Positions 18,209 through 28,100 of a stretch of 64,000 nt of DNA are shown here, in pieces. The translations under genes and the position numbers were made by a program. The DNA lies in contig CAWBEI010000002.1 in NCBI GenBank assembly GCA_963787835.1, positions 960,001 through 1,024,000 on the forward strand, read 5' to 3'. This stretch comes from Ignavibacteriota bacterium (GTDB lineage Bacteria > Bacteroidota > Ignavibacteria > Palsa-1295). The notes beneath the pieces were generated by a model, which ran no database searches, had not been told where the DNA came from, and saw only the letters and a program-made list of their open reading frames with translations. How positions within the stretch are numbered: the first letter of the stretch is position 1; the number at the start of each line of letters is the position of its first letter.

Positions 18209-19742
18209 CGGGCTGCTCTTTCGCCATCATCGGCGGCGGCTTCATAAAGCTCGGGCGGGCGATAGCTTTGGGCGGCGGGGGCAATTCTACTTCCATCGGC
18301 AGATCGGCTCGGACGATGTTCGATGGCACGCTTTTGTTGCCAGCCAGATCGTACGCGCGGATGTAGTATTGATAAGAAATTCCCGCGGCGGCGAGATGAT
18401 CCGTCCACATCGAAGTGGTAATGGAGTAAATATGCGAGAAGGTCTTGCCGCCATCGTCCGAACGCCAGATCTCGTAACCCATGACGGCTTCGTTATCGGT
18501 GGCGGGTTTCCAATTTAAACGAATGTTGCCAGATCGAACGAGTACGGAAAGGGGACCTCCCCCTGCCCCCTCCTTGGCAAGGAGGGGGTTCCAAACGGGC
18601 GCTTCGGTATCTTCGGAATACGGAGCCTGGATTTCATCCTTCGGCCACAACCCGCACACGACCTGATGGAAGTTCTCATCGAGCGCTTTGCAGATATTCC
18701 AGTAAATGCACTTTACTATTTTATCGGAGTTCCCAGAGCGCGCTTTGTTCGGAAGGTCGGGATCGGCAAGCAGCGCGCGCGCCATGCCGATAAGGTCGGC
18801 TCGGTCATCCTGTAATACTTCTTCGGCAAATTCGGGAGATGGAATTTTGCCGGTAGCGACAACAGGCGTTTGGAACCCATGCCGGCGCAGCATTCTGCGC
18901 GAAGCTTCGGCCATGTGAAGATTGTATCCATCTGGATATTCCATCGGCGGCATGCAGCGGTCGCCGGAATAGCCGGTATAAGGATAGAGGACTTCGCCCT
19001 CCTTATGGACCGCATCCTCGAATTTTCCACCTGCAGAAAGGGAAATATAATCGACGCCCTCCTGTGCAAATTTTAGCGCAATGATCGCCGATTCTTCCGT
19101 GGTGTATCCGCCTTTGATGCACTCTTCACCCAGGAAGCGGACTCCGATGGGGAAATCATTCCCGGTCATTTCGCGCACTTTTTTTATGATCTGCAATGGC
19201 AAACGGATTCTGTTATCGAGCGATTTCCCGCCGTAGAGATCGGGACGCTTGTTGCGTTTGGATAAAAAACTCGAAAGCGTGTAGGCGTGCGCCATGTGCA
19301 TTTCCACGCCATCGTATCCGCACTCACGCGCGCGGAGCGCAGCCTGGCCGTATTGCTCGATGATGAGCTGAATATCGGAAATGGAAAGATCTTCGATCTT
19401 CTGCCGCCATCCGGAACGCGCGATCTTCAGGAAATGAATGATCTGTGGGACGGCTTTGGAATCGCTGGTAGCGTGGATCTTTTTTGCAAGCTCGGTGAGT
19501 CCGGGCTTGAATTCATCGCCGCAAATTCGGAGCAAAGGACCCGACTTCGCGGAATGCACCGCCATCGCCTCGATCACGATAAGTCCGACACCGCCCTTTG
19601 CAAAGCGCACGTAGCGATCGGTAATATCCTGATTGACGAATCCATCCTCGCCCGAGAGCCGCGTGACCATCGCCGGCAGTACCAGCCGGTTGGGGAGGGT
19701 CATGGAATTGATGGGGTAGGGGGTAAAAAGTTTTTGATACAT
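18204..19742 (-). CDS. NADH:flavin oxidoreductase (Old Yellow Enzyme-like) with C-terminal FN3-like domain
   Basis: LPNRLVLPAM, GYDGVEMHMAHAYTLSSFLS, NKRPDLYGG, ADLIGMARALLADPDL; LNWKPATDNEAVMGYEIWR...YYIRAYDLAGNKS. Confidence 0.88.
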   Translation of the reverse strand: MYQKLFTPYPINSMTLPNRLVLPAMVTRLSGEDGFVNQDITDRYVRFAKGGVGLIVIEAMAVHSAKSGPLLRICGDEFKPGLTELAKKIHATSDSKAVPQIIHFLKIARSGWRQKIEDLSISDIQLIIEQYGQAALRARECGYDGVEMHMAHAYTLSSFLSKRNKRPDLYGGKSLDNRIRLPLQIIKKVREMTGNDFPIGVRFLGEECIKGGYTTEESAIIALKFAQEGVDYISLSAGGKFEDAVHKEGEVLYPYTGYSGDRCMPPMEYPDGYNLHMAEASRRMLRRHGFQTPVVATGKIPSPEFAEEVLQDDRADLIGMARALLADPDLPNKARSGNSDKIVKCIYWNICKALDENFHQVVCGLWPKDEIQAPYSEDTEAPVWNPLLAKEGAGGGPLSVLVRSGNIRLNWKPATDNEAVMGYEIWRSDDGGKTFSHIYSITTSMWTDHLAAAGISYQYYIRAYDLAGNKSVPSNIVRADLPMEVELPPPPKAIARPSFMKPPPMMAKEQPV

Positions 19743-20143
19743 TATTCGAGGCGGAGTTGGTCTAAATCCCCAAATGAATCAAGAATTATTCGTCGAAGTT
19801 TCTCACAAACCGCTACGGCCTCCTCGGCATCTTCTCGATACGCTTCATCATCGGGATAACGCGAATCAATCGCATAACGGGTGAGAACTTCGGCAGGTGC
19901 TATCAGCTTTTCCCATTCGGGACGAATTGGTAAAGCAAGATTGATTAGGTCTCTAATATCATGCGTTTTCGGAAAATGAATATCATTCTCTTGTAAAAAA
20001 CCTTTCAATAATTTCTCGACACATTGCTGTGCATGAAAACAGATCGCATTATAGGCAGGATCTTCCGTGTTTCGGAACTCTCTTCGCATCACCCAGAAGT
20101 CTTCCGCAGCTTTATTAAGCCACCGTTTCGTAAGTGGCATCAT
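19742..20143 (-). CDS. HEPN domain protein (putative toxin of MNT-HEPN pair)
   Basis: WLNKAAED, ICFHAQQCVEKLLKG, KTHDI, YAIDSRYP. Confidence 0.88.
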   Translation of the reverse strand: MMPLTKRWLNKAAEDFWVMRREFRNTEDPAYNAICFHAQQCVEKLLKGFLQENDIHFPKTHDIRDLINLALPIRPEWEKLIAPAEVLTRYAIDSRYPDDEAYREDAEEAVAVCEKLRRIILDSFGDLDQLRLE

Positions 20144-20489
20144 AAAGTACAACTCCTTCCTTCATTACGTCCATCATAAAAAAGTCATGCTGCTCGATAC
20201 GCCATTGAACGTCCGTAGCTTTCCGCACCAAAAGATCGAGAGAAAAATGGGGATTGATTCTGGATGCAATTTCCGCCGCCTTATAGGCTCCGCGCCGTTC
20301 CGGGAAATCCATAATGACGAGCATATCGACATCGGAATCCTCATTTGCGGTGCCACGCGCATAGGAGCCGAAGAGAATGATCTTCTCCGGCGCATATCGT
20401 CTCACGATCTCGTCAGCAAAATTTCGGATGGCTTCCTCGGATACCATAAATTTGGGTGGGTAATGTTCCTTAAAATGGATTTCAAGCAT
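20115..20489 (-). CDS. minimal nucleotidyltransferase (MNT antitoxin)
   Basis: KIILFGSYARG...DSDVDMLVI; overlaps the HEPN gene. Confidence 0.9.
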   Translation of the reverse strand: MLEIHFKEHYPPKFMVSEEAIRNFADEIVRRYAPEKIILFGSYARGTANEDSDVDMLVIMDFPERRGAYKAAEIASRINPHFSLDLLVRKATDVQWRIEQHDFFMMDVMKEGVVLYDATYETVA

Positions 20490-20615
20490 TTAACGTTCTA
20501 TTCATGGAATTACTCTCAAAAGAAACAATAAATCGGGTTCTTGTGCGTCACGGGACAGAAGAGTTATTTTTGTATTGTACGCTTTAGCCCGAATAGCCAT
20601 ACCTCAGCTTTTTTC

Positions 20616-21860
20616 ATGCCGATCGAACCACAAAAGACCGACCTTTCCGCCCTCCGAATTAAACGGGATGCACCCGCACCAAGCTCTAATAGGCAACAGC
20701 GAGGTAGCGGATCGAGCAAAACCATTGTTTATGCGGTCGTCGCCGTTGTGATTTTAGCGGTTTTGTTCTATTTCGGTCAAGGGCTATTTTCATCGCCGGA
20801 GCCGGTGCAGACGGGTGTGGTTTCGACCACCTATCCTTCGCAAGCTAATTCCGTGCTAACAGCAAGCGGCTATGTTGTTGCCAGCCGCAAAGCGGCCGTC
20901 GGCTCGAAGGGTACGGGACGGTTGGTGTGGCTTGGTGTAGAAGAAGGCTCAATCGTTAAGAACAACCAGATCATCGGACGGTTGGAGGATGCCGATGTTG
21001 TTGCCGCCGTCGCGCAAGCCGAGGCATCACTTAACGCCGCAAAAGCAACGCTTGAAAATGCGAAGGCTGGTCTTGAAAACGCAGACTCTACGTACCATCG
21101 CGAACAGGCACTGTATAAAAAACAGCTGGCGGCGTCAGCGGACATCGTTAATGCACTGGCCGCATTCAAGCAAGCACAATCGCTCGTCAATACGGACGAA
21201 GCGAACGTTCAGCTTGCTGAGAGAACCGTCCAGGCCGCGCAGGTGCAGGTGGAGTTTACCAATATCCGCGCGCCCTTCGATGGTACGGTGCTTACCAAAG
21301 ATGCCGACGTTGGCGATGTCATGACCCCGTTCGGAGCAGCGGCCGGATCGAAAGCTGATATCGTTTCGCTAGCGGATATGAGTTCCCTCGATGCCGAGGT
21401 AGATGTTTCGGAATCGAACTTAGAGGAAGTGCATGTTGGGCAGCCGTGCGAAATTTCGCTTGATGCTGTTCCCGAGAAACATTATCATGGGAAGGTACAC
21501 ATGATCGTCCCCACGGCCGATCGTACCAAAGCAACCGTGCTCACGAAAGTAGATTTTCTGGACCGGGATACGCGTGTCCTTCCTGAAATGAGCTTAAAAG
21601 TTATTTTCATGAAGGATTCCACGCAAGTGGATACCAGCGGCCCGAAACTTACCGTTCCGGCTGCGGCTGTTATTTCAAAAGATGGGAAAAAAATGGTTTT
21701 CGTCATTCAGGGAGATGAGATAAGGGAAACACCCGTTGAGCTTGGCGAGGCTGTCGGCAACGGATTGGAAGTTAAATCCGGTGTGAAGGATGGGGATAAA
21801 GTCGTGCTCAACCCGGCCGATAAATTGAAGAATGAGATGAAGGTAAAGGTAGGAGAATAA
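20616..21860 (+). CDS. efflux periplasmic adaptor (MacA/HlyD-like membrane fusion protein)
   Basis: N-terminal TM; lipoyl halves GRLVWLGVEEG and IRAPFDGTV; coiled-coil hairpin. Confidence 0.9.
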   Translation: MPIEPQKTDLSALRIKRDAPAPSSNRQQRGSGSSKTIVYAVVAVVILAVLFYFGQGLFSSPEPVQTGVVSTTYPSQANSVLTASGYVVASRKAAVGSKGTGRLVWLGVEEGSIVKNNQIIGRLEDADVVAAVAQAEASLNAAKATLENAKAGLENADSTYHREQALYKKQLAASADIVNALAAFKQAQSLVNTDEANVQLAERTVQAAQVQVEFTNIRAPFDGTVLTKDADVGDVMTPFGAAAGSKADIVSLADMSSLDAEVDVSESNLEEVHVGQPCEISLDAVPEKHYHGKVHMIVPTADRTKATVLTKVDFLDRDTRVLPEMSLKVIFMKDSTQVDTSGPKLTVPAAAVISKDGKKMVFVIQGDEIRETPVELGEAVGNGLEVKSGVKDGDKVVLNPADKLKNEMKVKVGE

Positions 21861-21909
21861 GAACCCACCCAAGAATTGTCGTAAATTCGCATAATAAAAC
21901 ACTAAGATC

Positions 21910-22590
21910 ATGGCAGAATCGATCGTACAAGTCAAGAACGTAACGAAAATCTATAAGCGGGACACGATGGATATTCCCGTACTCCAGAATCTATCGCTCG
22001 ATGTACCGGAAGGCGAATTTTTGGCGCTTATGGGGCCATCCGGCTCCGGGAAAACCACGCTGCTCAACCTCATCGCCGGCATCGACCGACCGACGAGCGG
22101 GTCCATCAGCATTTCCGGCAGCGATATTTCCACGCTTTCGGAATCGGCATTAGCAAAATGGCGCTCGCAGCATGTGGGATTCGTATTTCAGTTCTATAAT
22201 CTTATTCCCGTGCTGACAGCATATGAGAATGTCGAACTGCCTCTGCTTCTGACGAAACTATCAAAAGCGGAACGCAAGCAGCATGTCGAAGCTGCGCTAA
22301 GTGTAGTAGGTTTGGGTGATAGAATGAAGCATTATCCTAAGCAGCTATCCGGCGGGCAGGAACAGCGCGTTGCCATTGCACGAGCTATCGTGACGGACCC
22401 GACGCTTATCGTTGCCGACGAACCTACGGGCGATCTGGATAGAAAATCCGCTGAGGATGTGCTCGATCTTATGGAGCAGCTGAATCAGGAATTCAAAAAG
22501 ACGATCATCATGGTCACGCACGATCCGAACGCCGCGGCAAAAGCGCATAAGACCCGACACCTCGATAAGGGCGAACTTGCCGTCAATTAA
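21910..22590 (+). CDS. ABC transporter ATP-binding protein (LolD/MacB type)
   Basis: [32 protein letters not shown]. Confidence 0.95.
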   Translation: MAESIVQVKNVTKIYKRDTMDIPVLQNLSLDVPEGEFLALMGPSGSGKTTLLNLIAGIDRPTSGSISISGSDISTLSESALAKWRSQHVGFVFQFYNLIPVLTAYENVELPLLLTKLSKAERKQHVEAALSVVGLGDRMKHYPKQLSGGQEQRVAIARAIVTDPTLIVADEPTGDLDRKSAEDVLDLMEQLNQEFKKTIIMVTHDPNAAAKAHKTRHLDKGELAVN

Positions 22591-22605
22591 GAATACTTCC
22601 TGCTT

Positions 22606-23763
22606 ATGAAAATCGCCAAACTGATACTTCGGAACGTATTTCGGCATAAGCTGCGCGCGTTCCTTACGATCCTCGGGGTAGCCATTGCCGTCATGGCATT
22701 TGGATTGCTCCGCACGATCGTGACATCCTTTTATGCCGGCGCGGATGCTGCTTCGCCAGACCGGCTCGTTACGCGTCATGCCGTTTCGTTCGTTTTCCCA
22801 CTTCCGCTGGCAGACCGTGAGCAGATCCTTCGAATTCCCGGTGTGAAAAACGTCACGTTCGAAAACTGGTTCGGCGGTCAGTATATCGACAGCAAACATT
22901 TCTTTCCTCGTTTTGCCTGCGATCCGCAGACCTTGTTCTCGATCTATCCAGAGTATGAAGTTCCACCGGACCAACTGGAGAATTTCAAGAAAGAACGTGA
23001 CGCCTGCATTGTTGGACGAAAGCTAGTCGAACAATATCACTTTAAGCTCGGCGATATTATCACGCTGACAGGGGATATTTTCCCCGGCCAGTGGCAATTC
23101 GTCGTTCGCGGCATCTATAAAGGAAAAGAGGCTGCAACGGAAGAGAATGCGCTGTTTTTCCACTGGGATTATTTGAACGAGTCACTGCTCAAAACTGCGC
23201 CCGGACGCGCGAACAATGTAGGGTGGTACGTCGTGCAAATCACGAATCCGAACGATGCGGCAAAGATATCGCAACAGGTAGACGCCCTGTTTACTAACTC
23301 GATCGCGGCGACCAAGACCGAGACCGAAAAAGCATTCCAGTCGGGTTTTGTTGCGATGTCCAGCGCGATCATTACTTCACTGCAGGTAATCTCGTACGTG
23401 ATCATCGGCATTATTTTCCTGGTGCTTGCAAACACCATGATCATGACGGCCCGCGAGCGCATCCGCGAATATGCAGTTCTGAAAACATTGGGCTTTACCG
23501 GGCAGCATCTCATCATACTTATTTTCGGGGAATCGCTTTCGATCGCTGTCTTCGGCGGGATTTTAGGAATGTTGATCACGTTCCCGATCGGAGCAGGGTT
23601 TGCGAAGGGCATGGAGAATTTCCTTCCACGATTTGTGATCGAACCGCAAACGCTTATCATGGCGGGTATCTTTGCGATCCTCGTAGGAATTATTTCCGGG
23701 ATCTTCCCCGTCAATCGCGCTCTGAATATGAAAATTGTCGATGGACTGAGACAAGTAGGCTGA
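22606..23763 (+). CDS. ABC transporter permease (MacB/FtsX family)
   Basis: RHKLRAFLTILGV, ERIREYAVLKTLGF; 4-TM topology. Confidence 0.92.
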   Translation: MKIAKLILRNVFRHKLRAFLTILGVAIAVMAFGLLRTIVTSFYAGADAASPDRLVTRHAVSFVFPLPLADREQILRIPGVKNVTFENWFGGQYIDSKHFFPRFACDPQTLFSIYPEYEVPPDQLENFKKERDACIVGRKLVEQYHFKLGDIITLTGDIFPGQWQFVVRGIYKGKEAATEENALFFHWDYLNESLLKTAPGRANNVGWYVVQITNPNDAAKISQQVDALFTNSIAATKTETEKAFQSGFVAMSSAIITSLQVISYVIIGIIFLVLANTMIMTARERIREYAVLKTLGFTGQHLIILIFGESLSIAVFGGILGMLITFPIGAGFAKGMENFLPRFVIEPQTLIMAGIFAILVGIISGIFPVNRALNMKIVDGLRQVG

Positions 23764-23791
23764 ACCTGGATTACGCGGATTAAATACGACT

Positions 23792-24967
23792 ATGAAAATC
23801 CCTTTAAGTTATAGCTTCCGTTCGCTGTGGACACGCAAACTCACGACCGCGCTTACCATTGGCGGCGTAGCACTCGTGGCGTTCGTGTTTACTGCCGTGC
23901 TGATGCTTGCCAATGGCGTGAAGGATACGCTCGTCGCGACAGGCTCGGACGAAAATGCGATCGTCCTGCGAAAATCGGCTGAAAGCGAAACGTTGAGCAT
24001 CATTACCTTCGATGAAGCGAACAACATCGGAGCGCAGCCGCAGATCGCCGTTGGTGCCGATGGTCAGCCGCTGCTGACCAAAGAAGTCCTGACGATGATC
24101 AATTTGAAGAAGCATGGGGCAAACCCGGAGGATCTTTCGAACGTCGCCGTCCGCGGTGTTACGCCGGACGGTGTGCTTCTGCGGCCGCAGGTAAAGATGA
24201 CCTCTGGAAGAATGTTTAACTTCGGCGCGTCAGAACTCATCGTAGGGAATGAAATTGCAGACCGATTCGACGGCATGGACATCGGCAACTCGATAAAATT
24301 TGCGGGACGCGAATGGAAGATCGTCGGTCATTTCGATGCGGGCCGCAGCGGATTTGCTTCCGACATCTGGGGCGATGAGAATCAGATCCTGCAAGCGTTC
24401 CGGCGGCAAGCGTATTCTTCTATTGTACTGCGCTTGAAGGATCCAAAACAATTCGATGCGCTGAAAGCTACATTCGATAGTGATCCTCGTTTAAGCGATC
24501 TCAAGATCGAGCGAGAAAAACAATTTTACGCCGAACAATCGGAAACGCTTGGTAACTTTATTCGCATTTTGGGAATTGTTATAACGGTAATCTTCAGTTT
24601 TGGCGCGATGATCGGCGCGATGATCACCATGTACGCCGCTGTTGCGAACCGCACCGTTGAAATTGGAACGCTGCGCGCGTTAGGATTTCAGCGCCAAAGC
24701 GTACTCAGCGCATTTTTAATAGAATCGCTTTTTATCTCGCTGTTAGGAGCTGGCGTGGGCCTTGTTGGGGCTTCGATGCTATCGTTCCTAACTATTTCCA
24801 CAACGGATTTCAGTTCATTCTCTGAGATCGCGTTCGGGTTTTCAATGACGGCAGGGATCGTTATCGCAACACTGATCTTCGCAGTGCTCATGGGCTTTGT
24901 CGGCGGATTTCTTCCCAGCTTCCGCGCCGCGCGTCTGGATATTGTGAATGCGCTTCGGTCAGGATGA
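23792..24967 (+). CDS. ABC transporter permease (MacB/FtsX family)
   Basis: RTVEIGTLRALGF, PSFRAARLDIVNALR. Confidence 0.92.
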   Translation: MKIPLSYSFRSLWTRKLTTALTIGGVALVAFVFTAVLMLANGVKDTLVATGSDENAIVLRKSAESETLSIITFDEANNIGAQPQIAVGADGQPLLTKEVLTMINLKKHGANPEDLSNVAVRGVTPDGVLLRPQVKMTSGRMFNFGASELIVGNEIADRFDGMDIGNSIKFAGREWKIVGHFDAGRSGFASDIWGDENQILQAFRRQAYSSIVLRLKDPKQFDALKATFDSDPRLSDLKIEREKQFYAEQSETLGNFIRILGIVITVIFSFGAMIGAMITMYAAVANRTVEIGTLRALGFQRQSVLSAFLIESLFISLLGAGVGLVGASMLSFLTISTTDFSSFSEIAFGFSMTAGIVIATLIFAVLMGFVGGFLPSFRAARLDIVNALRSG

Positions 24968-24980
24968 GTAACTTATCACG

Positions 24981-26069
24981 GTGAGTACAATAAAGAAAAT
25001 TCTCCTTGCCGCATTACTGCTATTAGTTGCGGCAGCGGTCGTGTTTGCGGTCTTTAGACAACCGATCGAGGACTACCTCGTCGAACGTGCTATCAAGAAC
25101 ACGATGAGCAAGCAGCAATTAGCTCCTTCTGACGGAATAACTGTTGTGCTGGCTGGAACCGGATCGCCCATGCCGGACGTAAACAGAGTTGGACCGTGTC
25201 TTGTGGTTTTCGTAGCTAATAAAATTTACGTGATCGATGCGGGACAAGGCGCAGCGCGGAATATCATGCTGTGCGGCGTTAATATCGGCAAGGTCAACGC
25301 CGTGTTGCTGACGCATTTTCATTCCGATCATATTGGCAGCTTAGGTGACATTATGCTGCAACGATGGATCGGCGGAAGCAATGACACGCCGCTCGACATC
25401 ATCGGCCCTCCCGGCGTGGAGCAAGTTGTCGATGGATTTAACGCAGCCTACAAACTCGACGATGGTTATCGCACTGCACACCACGGCGCTAAAACAGCTC
25501 CACCGACCGGAGCTGGCGGAATTGCGCGGCCCTTCACATTAGATACTGCTTTCAATGCCTCTACCGTCATCGTTAACGAGAACGGACTTAAGATCACAGC
25601 ATTCAAAGTAGATCATTTCCCGGCAGTTCCCGCAGTCGGGTACAAGTTCGAGTATAAAGGCCGGTCGGTGGTGATCAGCGGCGATACGAAATACAGCAAA
25701 TCGCTTGAGCAGCAAGCGGTGGGCGCGGATCTTTTACTCCACGAAGCACTCAACACAAAATTAGTGGGATGGATGGGAAAATATAGCTATTTGAAAAACA
25801 CTCCTTCAAACGCTAAGATACTGCATGATATCCCCTTTTATCACACGACACCGGAACAAGTTGCAACGATCGCAGAAAAGGCCGGAGTAAAAAAGGTCGT
25901 GCTGTATCATACCATTCCACCGATCCCGAACGGGTGGATGAACGATTATTTCTTGGGAAATGCAAAGAACATTTACAGTGGCCCTATCTCCGTTGGTGAG
26001 GATGGCATGATGATCGCGCTGCCGGCCAACAGCACGGAGATCGAGACGAAATATTTGTTCAAGAAATAG
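24981..26069 (+). CDS. MBL-fold metallo-hydrolase (RNase Z/AtsA-like) with N-terminal membrane anchor
   Basis: LAGTGSP, DAGQG, THFHSDH, SGDT, HEA, HTT. Confidence 0.88.
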   Translation: MSTIKKILLAALLLLVAAAVVFAVFRQPIEDYLVERAIKNTMSKQQLAPSDGITVVLAGTGSPMPDVNRVGPCLVVFVANKIYVIDAGQGAARNIMLCGVNIGKVNAVLLTHFHSDHIGSLGDIMLQRWIGGSNDTPLDIIGPPGVEQVVDGFNAAYKLDDGYRTAHHGAKTAPPTGAGGIARPFTLDTAFNASTVIVNENGLKITAFKVDHFPAVPAVGYKFEYKGRSVVISGDTKYSKSLEQQAVGADLLLHEALNTKLVGWMGKYSYLKNTPSNAKILHDIPFYHTTPEQVATIAEKAGVKKVVLYHTIPPIPNGWMNDYFLGNAKNIYSGPISVGEDGMMIALPANSTEIETKYLFKK

Positions 26070-26082
26070 GGCCGAACTTTGA

Positions 26083-27921
26083 TTAGGGGTCTTTCACGCA
26101 ACGGCAGGAATTTCCGCCGTTGACGATATCACCCGGTGAGGGTGAAGGCGATGCCGAATAATTCCAAAGGCCCCATAGGTTCCAAGATGGGGTGGTTCCG
26201 GACTGCGGTGTATTCGTAGTGGTTCCGAACATTGCTACGCTTCCTAACTCAAGGGACGTAGAAGTCACATTGTTCAAACTGAAGCAATAACCACCGGGCA
26301 GCGCCGAGAATCCACTGGCGTTCGTTGCACCCACGTTGGGAGCAGCCCAGAGACCGCTCGTAGATTTCATCGCCCCAGCAGCATTCGAACCAATGGTAGC
26401 GAACAACTGCTGGAACTCTGCATCGCTTGGGACATGCCATCCGTGAGGACAGATCCCCTGCACTTTGCTTGGGTTGGCACTGGTAGAATCGGCGCCTTGC
26501 ATCATGGTATTCCAATCGTAGAGCAGCCCGTATGTTGCGCAATTCCCAGCATCGTCATTATAACAGGCATAGCCAGAACCGGATGGATAATAATCCAGAT
26601 TTTGCGCCATCCACGTTTGGTTACCTATACAGACTGTTTTATAGACCTGACCGTCCCTTGCATCGACGAAGGAATCGGGACACGGCGGCGGGTAACTATA
26701 GTTATCGGCCCCAAAATGCTTTAAGAACAAAGCATCATTAGGAGTGAAATAGTAATCAGCAAATTCGTTGCCATTTTGGTCGAGATAAGCATGCCCTGTA
26801 CTATCGAAGTTTACTGCCAGTGCTCTGCACAAGGTATCCATCATCCAATTATCTAATATAGTACGAACCGAGGCGGATGTGCCATCCGAATGAGCCCATC
26901 CATAGTAGGAAATTAGGTTTTTATTCATCCAAGCCGTTTCCATCGGAATCTTCCCGTTAAATACTGGGCTGCTTTGCCCGCTATAGCACATACATCCAAA
27001 CAGTACCGTGCCGAGCATTGAATGGAGGGACTCTATATAGTCTGTCGTAACAAGCACCTTATGCGCGTGCCCAATATAGACAGTGTCATACCACGGTAGA
27101 TTAAGGTTAATGGCTATTGCATCTCCTAAGCGTAAAAATCCGTTCTCTATTTTATTGAGGCCATCCTGACCAAGCTGACTAAGGACGATCGTTTCAGCTT
27201 CACTATCACTTATGGCCGTAGTCCTGTAATAGTTAACAATCGAGCCGGTTAAATAATCATCTGGTCCGCCATGGGTTCTCAGAACGACGAATCCATAATT
27301 ATTAAACGATTCAACCGTGTTATAACTACACTGCGAATCTTTCAGGACGGTAACGGTGAATCTGGAACTCGAATTAGTAAAATAATCATAGGACGGCTGA
27401 AAAATACTATCCGTCATTTGCTGACTGTATGCGGGACAATTGAATAGTACATTCTTATTTGCTATGGTATTGGACGATAGTGTGTTCATACGCGTTGGTG
27501 GAATTGGATTCAAAAAAGGTTCATGAGATCGAAAGGGTTCCATACCAATCACCGTGTCGGATGGCGAACCATCTTCACCATCCGATTGGCTTTTGCCATT
27601 AACATCAACTTGAACGAATGTGAATTCGGTCTGCAATCCTGATTTCAGAAGTATACTGATATAGATGCTGTCAAGTGATTGTACAGCCTGAACATTCGGC
27701 TGGGTCCTCAACCATTGAGTGGTCAGCATTATTGCCTGCCTGGGATTGCCATTGGTGGTTTTCCCAAATCCCAAAAATATTGAATGCGTGGTATCGAGGA
27801 TTCGCATCACCTCACCGACCGAAGGTGCTCCCCCCGCAGACGGCCCTGTCGGCTGCGTGGCCTTGCAGCACGATAGAACAACTGCTATCTCGCCGAGCAT
27901 GAGGAGTTTGAAGAGTCTCAT
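26083..27921 (-). CDS. lipoprotein with putative clan-CD peptidase-like domain and C-terminal FISUMP domain
   Basis: Lipobox LSCC; DARDGQVYKTVCIGNQTWMAQNL, GICPHGWHVPS, TNASGFSALPGG, SCRCVKDP; paralog of 5272-7137. Confidence 0.85.
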   Translation of the reverse strand: MRLFKLLMLGEIAVVLSCCKATQPTGPSAGGAPSVGEVMRILDTTHSIFLGFGKTTNGNPRQAIMLTTQWLRTQPNVQAVQSLDSIYISILLKSGLQTEFTFVQVDVNGKSQSDGEDGSPSDTVIGMEPFRSHEPFLNPIPPTRMNTLSSNTIANKNVLFNCPAYSQQMTDSIFQPSYDYFTNSSSRFTVTVLKDSQCSYNTVESFNNYGFVVLRTHGGPDDYLTGSIVNYYRTTAISDSEAETIVLSQLGQDGLNKIENGFLRLGDAIAINLNLPWYDTVYIGHAHKVLVTTDYIESLHSMLGTVLFGCMCYSGQSSPVFNGKIPMETAWMNKNLISYYGWAHSDGTSASVRTILDNWMMDTLCRALAVNFDSTGHAYLDQNGNEFADYYFTPNDALFLKHFGADNYSYPPPCPDSFVDARDGQVYKTVCIGNQTWMAQNLDYYPSGSGYACYNDDAGNCATYGLLYDWNTMMQGADSTSANPSKVQGICPHGWHVPSDAEFQQLFATIGSNAAGAMKSTSGLWAAPNVGATNASGFSALPGGYCFSLNNVTSTSLELGSVAMFGTTTNTPQSGTTPSWNLWGLWNYSASPSPSPGDIVNGGNSCRCVKDP

Positions 27922-28008
27922 AATTATAGTCATACAAAAAAGGCACAGTGAACAAGTCGAATGCAAAGTTACAACAAAATCGCGGGAGTTGTTTGAATTT
28001 TTTATGCT

Positions 28009-28100
28009 CTAGCCGTCTATCCCCGCAAGGCGCAGTCTCTCCGCAAGCTCCAAGGCCTGCGGGGAATCCTTACGGAGTAGGTGATGAAGATGTCAGGCAT
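28009..28100 (-). pseudogene. frameshifted 5' remnant of a second TIR-domain gene
   Basis: Reads MPDIFITYS, then a 1-nt deletion, then RKDSPQALELAERLRLAGIDG*; upstream gene starts MPDIFISYSRKDSQQALALAEQLRASGMEV; its ATG overlaps the upstream stop. Confidence 0.8.
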
